DNA from: Rhodosorus marinus CCMP1338
Lineage: Eukaryota; Plantae; Rhodophyta
NCBI GenBank assembly: GCA_029953675.1
Contig: JAMWBK010000005.1
Location: 2,852,001 to 2,916,000, forward strand
Reading direction: 5' to 3'
Length of the DNA: 64,000 bases
The notes under the pieces were generated by a model. The model did no database searches and was not told the DNA's origin. It worked only from the letters and a program-made list of their open reading frames with translations. Positions 59,101 through 64,000 of this stretch are shown in pieces. The position numbers and the translations under genes are program-made. Each line of letters opens with the position of its first letter. Positions within the stretch are counted from its first letter, which is position 1.

Positions 59101-61028
59101 TGCTTTGCAGATTTGTTGCTTCCGATGATCTCCTGACTGCAATCCTTGGAAGCACTTGAGAACCGTCTAGTGGTCGAATACTCACACTGGATCCAGTTGT
59201 ATGACAGATCCTCATTCGGCGGAACGCCATCCGAAGGAATTATCGAGTCGTTGTACCTGTGAAGCACAGAAACAAAAGCATCCACTATAAGTCCAGCGAA
59301 GGCCTACTAATTTTGGCGATTCTTGCTTACGAGTTTGTCCCTGTGAGATTGAAAGCCGCCAAAGCGTTCACATTCGAACTGAATTCCCCCGCATTGATAA
59401 CGGCAAACAGCGTTCCCATGGGTACGTCAATCTGAACCGTGCTATCATAGCTCGTGACGACTTCCCCGGAATCCTCAACTTGGATTTTCAAACCTAGAGC
59501 TTGGTTCTACAAAGCAGACCGCGAGGCAATTAGGCTAAAACATATACACGAAAACGAAGCTGCTCCCAGCTCTTTGAGACGTACCGGTCCCTGATCTAGC
59601 TCATCGCTTCTAATCTTGAACGATCTTCCGAGTTTGTTCACACTCGTTGACCTTGCCCCTGTCGCCGGAGAGCTTGCATTCCACACGAATTCGAGTCCAT
59701 TGAACTGCCAGGTGTAACTATAAGAAAACTGGCTCTCCGGGGAAGCGTTAACCTCTGTGGGAATAACCTCCATTATCTGAAACTCCCCGTTCTGTCGTTT
59801 CAGCTGCAGATTCTGGAACAACGCTCCGATTTGAAAATTTGTAGACGGGACCAACGCCACTTCGTCGTCATCCTCGGTTCCGTCCCCAGTCCTCAGAATG
59901 ACGGATAGCGTGTACGGAGGCATTCCACCAGTGAACGAATCACCGCTCAGGGTAACTTGTGACCCTGTAAGTAGCTGTGAAGATGCAGATGAGCCTTTCA
60001 GATGCCACTGAAAAGTTGCACCAGCAATGTTGCCTCCGGATACCTAGGAGACATGAGTAATCCAACCGATACGTTTAGCTGCGTGAGTGCGAAGCGCATT
60101 CTGCACAAAGCATGGCCATCTTGTTCTTCCGGCCGTCATTCTTCTGACGAACCTCTGCAACAAACGTTGTAACGTTATTTGATTGAGAAGAAACATCAAA
60201 TTCTGGGATCATACCGGCTGACGTGCCTCTGCGAACTGCTCCGACTACTGGTACAATTCGAACTCTGGCGGGTTCGGTTCCCTCGGTTCGGTAGGTAAAA
60301 TTTACTCTGTTTGATATCACCGAGCCAATACGGACTTGAACGGGATAGCTTAGGCTTGGACCAGGTTGCTCAGGTGGTGAGAACAGTATTCTTTGCTCTC
60401 CAGTGACGATTGGCCGCGGGTTCATGATTGCGTTCCCGTTAAAAAGAACGGAGGCCCTGCCGCTCTCAAAGTTGAGTCCCGGAAAAGATCCTTTCAAAGC
60501 CACAGTATCCGCGCTGACGGTTCTGACCTCTGAGATGGCGAGGTAGCTGAAGCGCATTCCACCCGTTTCATCCACCACAGTAGTTGGCCTCCTTCCGCTC
60601 CGACGTACGACCGTCACCGCCCAGGTCAAGTTCCCAGCATTATGCAAGTTCGGTGCGCGGGGAGAGATAAACCGGGCAAAACCATCGCCGTTGGGAGCCC
60701 TCCGAAACGAGTCCATTACGTAGTCAAACGGAACTCCGCTCTCAGTTAATTCTAGTAGAAAATTTTTGACTTTAGATTCTCCTCTAAGTTCAGGAAGCCC
60801 AGCAAGAGTGAGCTCTACAACATCCCCGCCCCTGACATCCAGCGGATGGATTGGGTCAATGTTCAAAACAGCAAAAGAGCGTACGTCCTGCCGTGAAGCC
60901 GAAGAAGTGGATTGCCCAATTTCTGTAGCGTTCGGTCCGGAGATCTTCGACTGGTCTACCGGAGAAGAAGCCACCCCAAGGATCAAACCTCCAACCACCA
61001 GGACCAGCCATCTGATGCCTATAGGCAT
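56151..61028 (-). CDS. Large type I membrane protein: signal peptide, IPT/TIG-like Ig repeats, REJ-like module, single TM helix and short cytoplasmic tail; multi-exon
   Basis: Signal peptide MPIGIRWLVLVVGGLILGVASS; beta-rich repeats with many N-x-S/T sites; REJ-like IDAS...LSYNW.QC and PGEYFVQAEVTDFTG; TM LAGVVIGGLLIGVLFIGICLVYF; tail FIERDVFGRG...ELM*. Confidence 0.75.
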
Positions 61029-62299
61029 CCTTGAAACGGCCTTTGCCTGGATTTCTTAGCTTTTAAATCTGGCATTGAAGCCAAGTGGCTTCATTACTAG
61101 AAGTAGTGCCATCAAAAAACTTTGCGACGCCCACTCCCGCGGGAGCGAGTATTCAAGACAGACCTCCTTCCACTCCTTAGTTCAGCAAAACTCGGGCTAT
61201 CCTGTTTTGCTCCTGTCTATTCAATACTAAGCCCTTCCTTCATCCAGCTTTAAATCATCGTCCTCAGAACACACGAAAACTATCCTCGTCCACAGCTTGT
61301 TTTTCCACTCCAGCGACCGGCAACCCCCATCGGCGTGAAAATTTCCACCGTCTCTTTCGGCATTTGAAGCATCCTTGAAAAACTTCTCAAACAGACGAAC
61401 TAGTGCGTGTACATCAATGCAAAACCACCCATGCTCATTCTCAGTACCTCAAAGTCTGGAATTTCGAAGTCGCCATCAAAAATGACAGGCAACTGAACGA
61501 AAATTCCAAATCTTAACGACTGAAGCAAAAAACACCAAGTCTAACCTTCGAGGTAGGATCTTCACTACGTCGAAAGCTTCAGATAGGCTCACTGACTTTG
61601 CTCAAACTCGCGCGAGAAGTACGATTGCTCTTTTCCCAGCGTTCGAAGTCGCCACCACCAGGAACAAAAAGAAATCGAAAGATTTCCCAACTCTGAAACA
61701 CTAAGGTTTCAAAAGCTCTCTCGTTTCGAAGTAACGCTCTTTACTTGCGTCCACAATCTTCATATACCCTTTCACCACCTTCGTCCTTCCCGCAAACCAA
61801 TTCCAGTACCAAAGCAGAAACACTTTACATATACCAATTTCACTTCATCTAAACCGAAGGCACATCTAAAATATTCAGACTATTTATATTCAAATGTTTT
61901 TAACATGGGGTGGTTATCACGGTAATCGACATCCTCGCGTAATAAATAAAACTATACAATTCCATTTGCTGTCTATTTTATTTACTTGGAAGATAAAATT
62001 CAGAACTCTAATTAATTCCGTTATACAATATTCTGGTTGCTAAATATAAAAACTAAAAATGCAAGTTTTAATTTGCTGCGTATTATTATTTTAAATATTT
62101 ATTTATGATATTATATTTTATGCATTTTTAAGAGGGTATATATGTGAATTTGGGAGTCCTCGGAGTGCGGTTTTCTGGGGTTTTCTGCGGTTTTCCTAGA
62201 CGGGGAAAACCAATGACTTTGGGTGGGTGTCCTAGGCGTCGGAAGGGAAGTCATAAGCGTGTGGCTAGTAACTCATCGGTAAGCGATGACTAAAATAAC

Positions 62300-63650
62300 T
62301 ACGTGCACGCTCATAACTACGAAGTGCAACCCAAGAGTTGCCCTCTCCACAGCGTGGTTTAACTGGTTTGTTGACAACCCTAGATTGGTGGAACAGGACA
62401 TGCAAACGGGAGTCGCAACTGTGTGACTACTTGATTTAGGCAAAGACCAGCGCCTAATGGCCACGCCTCCACCCTTACCACCATGGACCTTCAAGACCGC
62501 CAGACTCCTTCCAAATTGATAGGCCACTGTCCACGGGGGGTAGTCGGGAACAAAGTCAGTTGTGTGTTGAGTTCCTCTGGGGGGGTATGCAGCATCTCTT
62601 CCGCCATTTGGCATGCCATTTTATAGTTTTCTCATTGCGTCCTCTGCACAGGGGCGAGTCCCAATGGGGATCGAGTGAATTGTAACTCCCTCGCGAGTGA
62701 CGTTCAAATCCGCCTGGTGCCTAGTATCTAGACGTTCGCCCACTGGCCTGTCCTACGTACCTGCCTGTCCTACGTACCTGATCGCTGCCCCCGCCGAACA
62801 TCCCACTCCTGATCGGCCCGGGGTGAGGCTAGGTCCATACAACAAAACCTCTCAAGAGAGGCACACCGAACTGCTTTCACCCCGCAAGGTCAAGGATCCC
62901 GCAATAGAACCGAACACCGACAAGAATTCGTTCCGCTGCAGGAGCTGGTTCATGCGTCTGGCTACGCGATTTGCCCCGGTTCGGACCACGATAATGGAGC
63001 GGTCCTGGCATGCACCTCAATATCGACAACTGCTAGGACTCCCGATTTCGGATTGCGGACGACGCAGAGGTGTACTACCTACAGTAGAAAGCATTGACTG
63101 ACTGCGTACAAGGATTCCAAACAGTCAGCCCTCGACGGGGTTGTGGCAACGCAGAAATGACGAGATGGGTACCGAGCTAGCGAGACGGCTTAACAGATGG
63201 CAGTTCAGGGATGTTACGCAAGAACTTTTCGACTACTTGACGAACTCGAATCTGCGACCTGATCTGGTGGCAATATCCACCCAAAAACATGGCAAAGATT
63301 TGCGATCGATGTGACGGTGGTCTCGCCACTAAAAGCTAGACACCTGCTGCTTCCAACAGCAAGGACACCGTCGGCCATGCAGCGAAGCACGCGGAACGCC
63401 GGAAACTTGCCCACTACAAGGAGGCGATGGCGAAAGAGCATCCAGAGACAAACTCATTCCGATTTCATCGAAACCTTCGTGGTGGCCAGATGACCCAGGA
63501 TTTTCTGCGGGAAGGCTGTAGTGACATGCTGACCAAGCAAGACGAGTTGTGCGAGGGCTCAAATCAACAGAACACTTTGGGCCGGGAACGCAGAGCTTGC
63601 CTTAGCGGCTTTGGGTGTGGATCAGCCGGATCAGCCACTGATTCCTTATT
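62300..63650 (+). mobile_element. Degenerate RLE-type (restriction-like endonuclease; CRE/R2-like) non-LTR retrotransposon 3' fragment
   Basis: RQLLGLPI, QRRNDEM (RHD-like), LRPDLV, FAIDVTVVSP, GHAAKHAERRKLAHY and IETFGG are hallmark RLE-domain motifs. Interrupted by a stop (~63098) and frameshifts. A 17-bp tandem duplication GCCTGTCCTACGTACCT lies at ~62746-62779. Confidence 0.8.
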
Positions 63651-64000
63651 TTTCTATTTTTATCGCAGATAGAGACCCCGCGGCGCGGTGTTACCTCCAT
63701 TCATTTTCCCTAGATAGTGATAGAATTGGTGTTGTGCTGTATTAGGCAGGTGCCCAGTAAAGTTTACAGTTACGCTGGAACTTGGCGCTCTCTCAGCTCG
63801 TTCCACCATAACCTTGAACCTGCCGGAGCCACTCACCAAAACACCCTTCACTCAATCCCACTAACAACCAATCTCAACCACCACACCCGATGCTTGTCCC
63901 CACAAATAGTCACGAGATGTAATCTCATTGATCAATGTTAAACCTAAATCTCGTTATAACCTTGTAGTTCTTTGAACGAGGAGGTATTTGACCCAGAGCG

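Noticed and set aside
1-64000. tRNA, rRNA, telomeric repeats, selenoprotein or readthrough signals
   Set aside because: No cloverleaf/T-loop (GTTCGAA with proper stems), rRNA-like blocks or telomere arrays were recognised. In-frame stops within genes are all explained by introns.

Overview
This is eukaryotic nuclear DNA, not prokaryotic. It is gene-dense, with short GT-AG introns and AT-rich ORF-free islands between genes. Several proteins carry MAF(V)-type primary-plastid transit peptides, which is most consistent with a unicellular red alga (inference; species not determined). I could reconstruct by eye about 16 intron-containing or single-exon genes: a conserved unknown plastid protein, class I aldolase, a plastid sigma factor, a ChaN/Tiki-family lumen protein, two NIPA Mg2+ transporters, EndoU, a doubled CML21/22-like EF-hand protein, DBP8, DUS3, a CM1 (centrosomin motif 1) coiled-coil protein, a BAG-HSP20 fusion, LST8, MRG/EAF3, thylakoid rubredoxin, a PWWP-PWWP-AWS-SET methyltransferase and a REJ-like type I membrane protein. 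Intergenic space holds heavily decayed transposon relics (Ty3/gypsy, hAT, RLE-type non-LTR, possibly MULE) and two degenerate tandem arrays; no intact mobile element was found. The most interesting signals are: (i) a CM1 gamma-tubulin-complex receptor candidate in an acentriolar lineage; (ii) the BAG-HSP20 locus, whose promoter and exon 1 are bracketed by a ~325-bp inverted duplication next to a tandem array, with an oversized intron carrying retroelement-like fragments; (iii) an internally duplicated CML21-like gene with the same intron in both halves. Exon boundaries are manual estimates, and no rRNA, tRNA or CRISPR array was seen.
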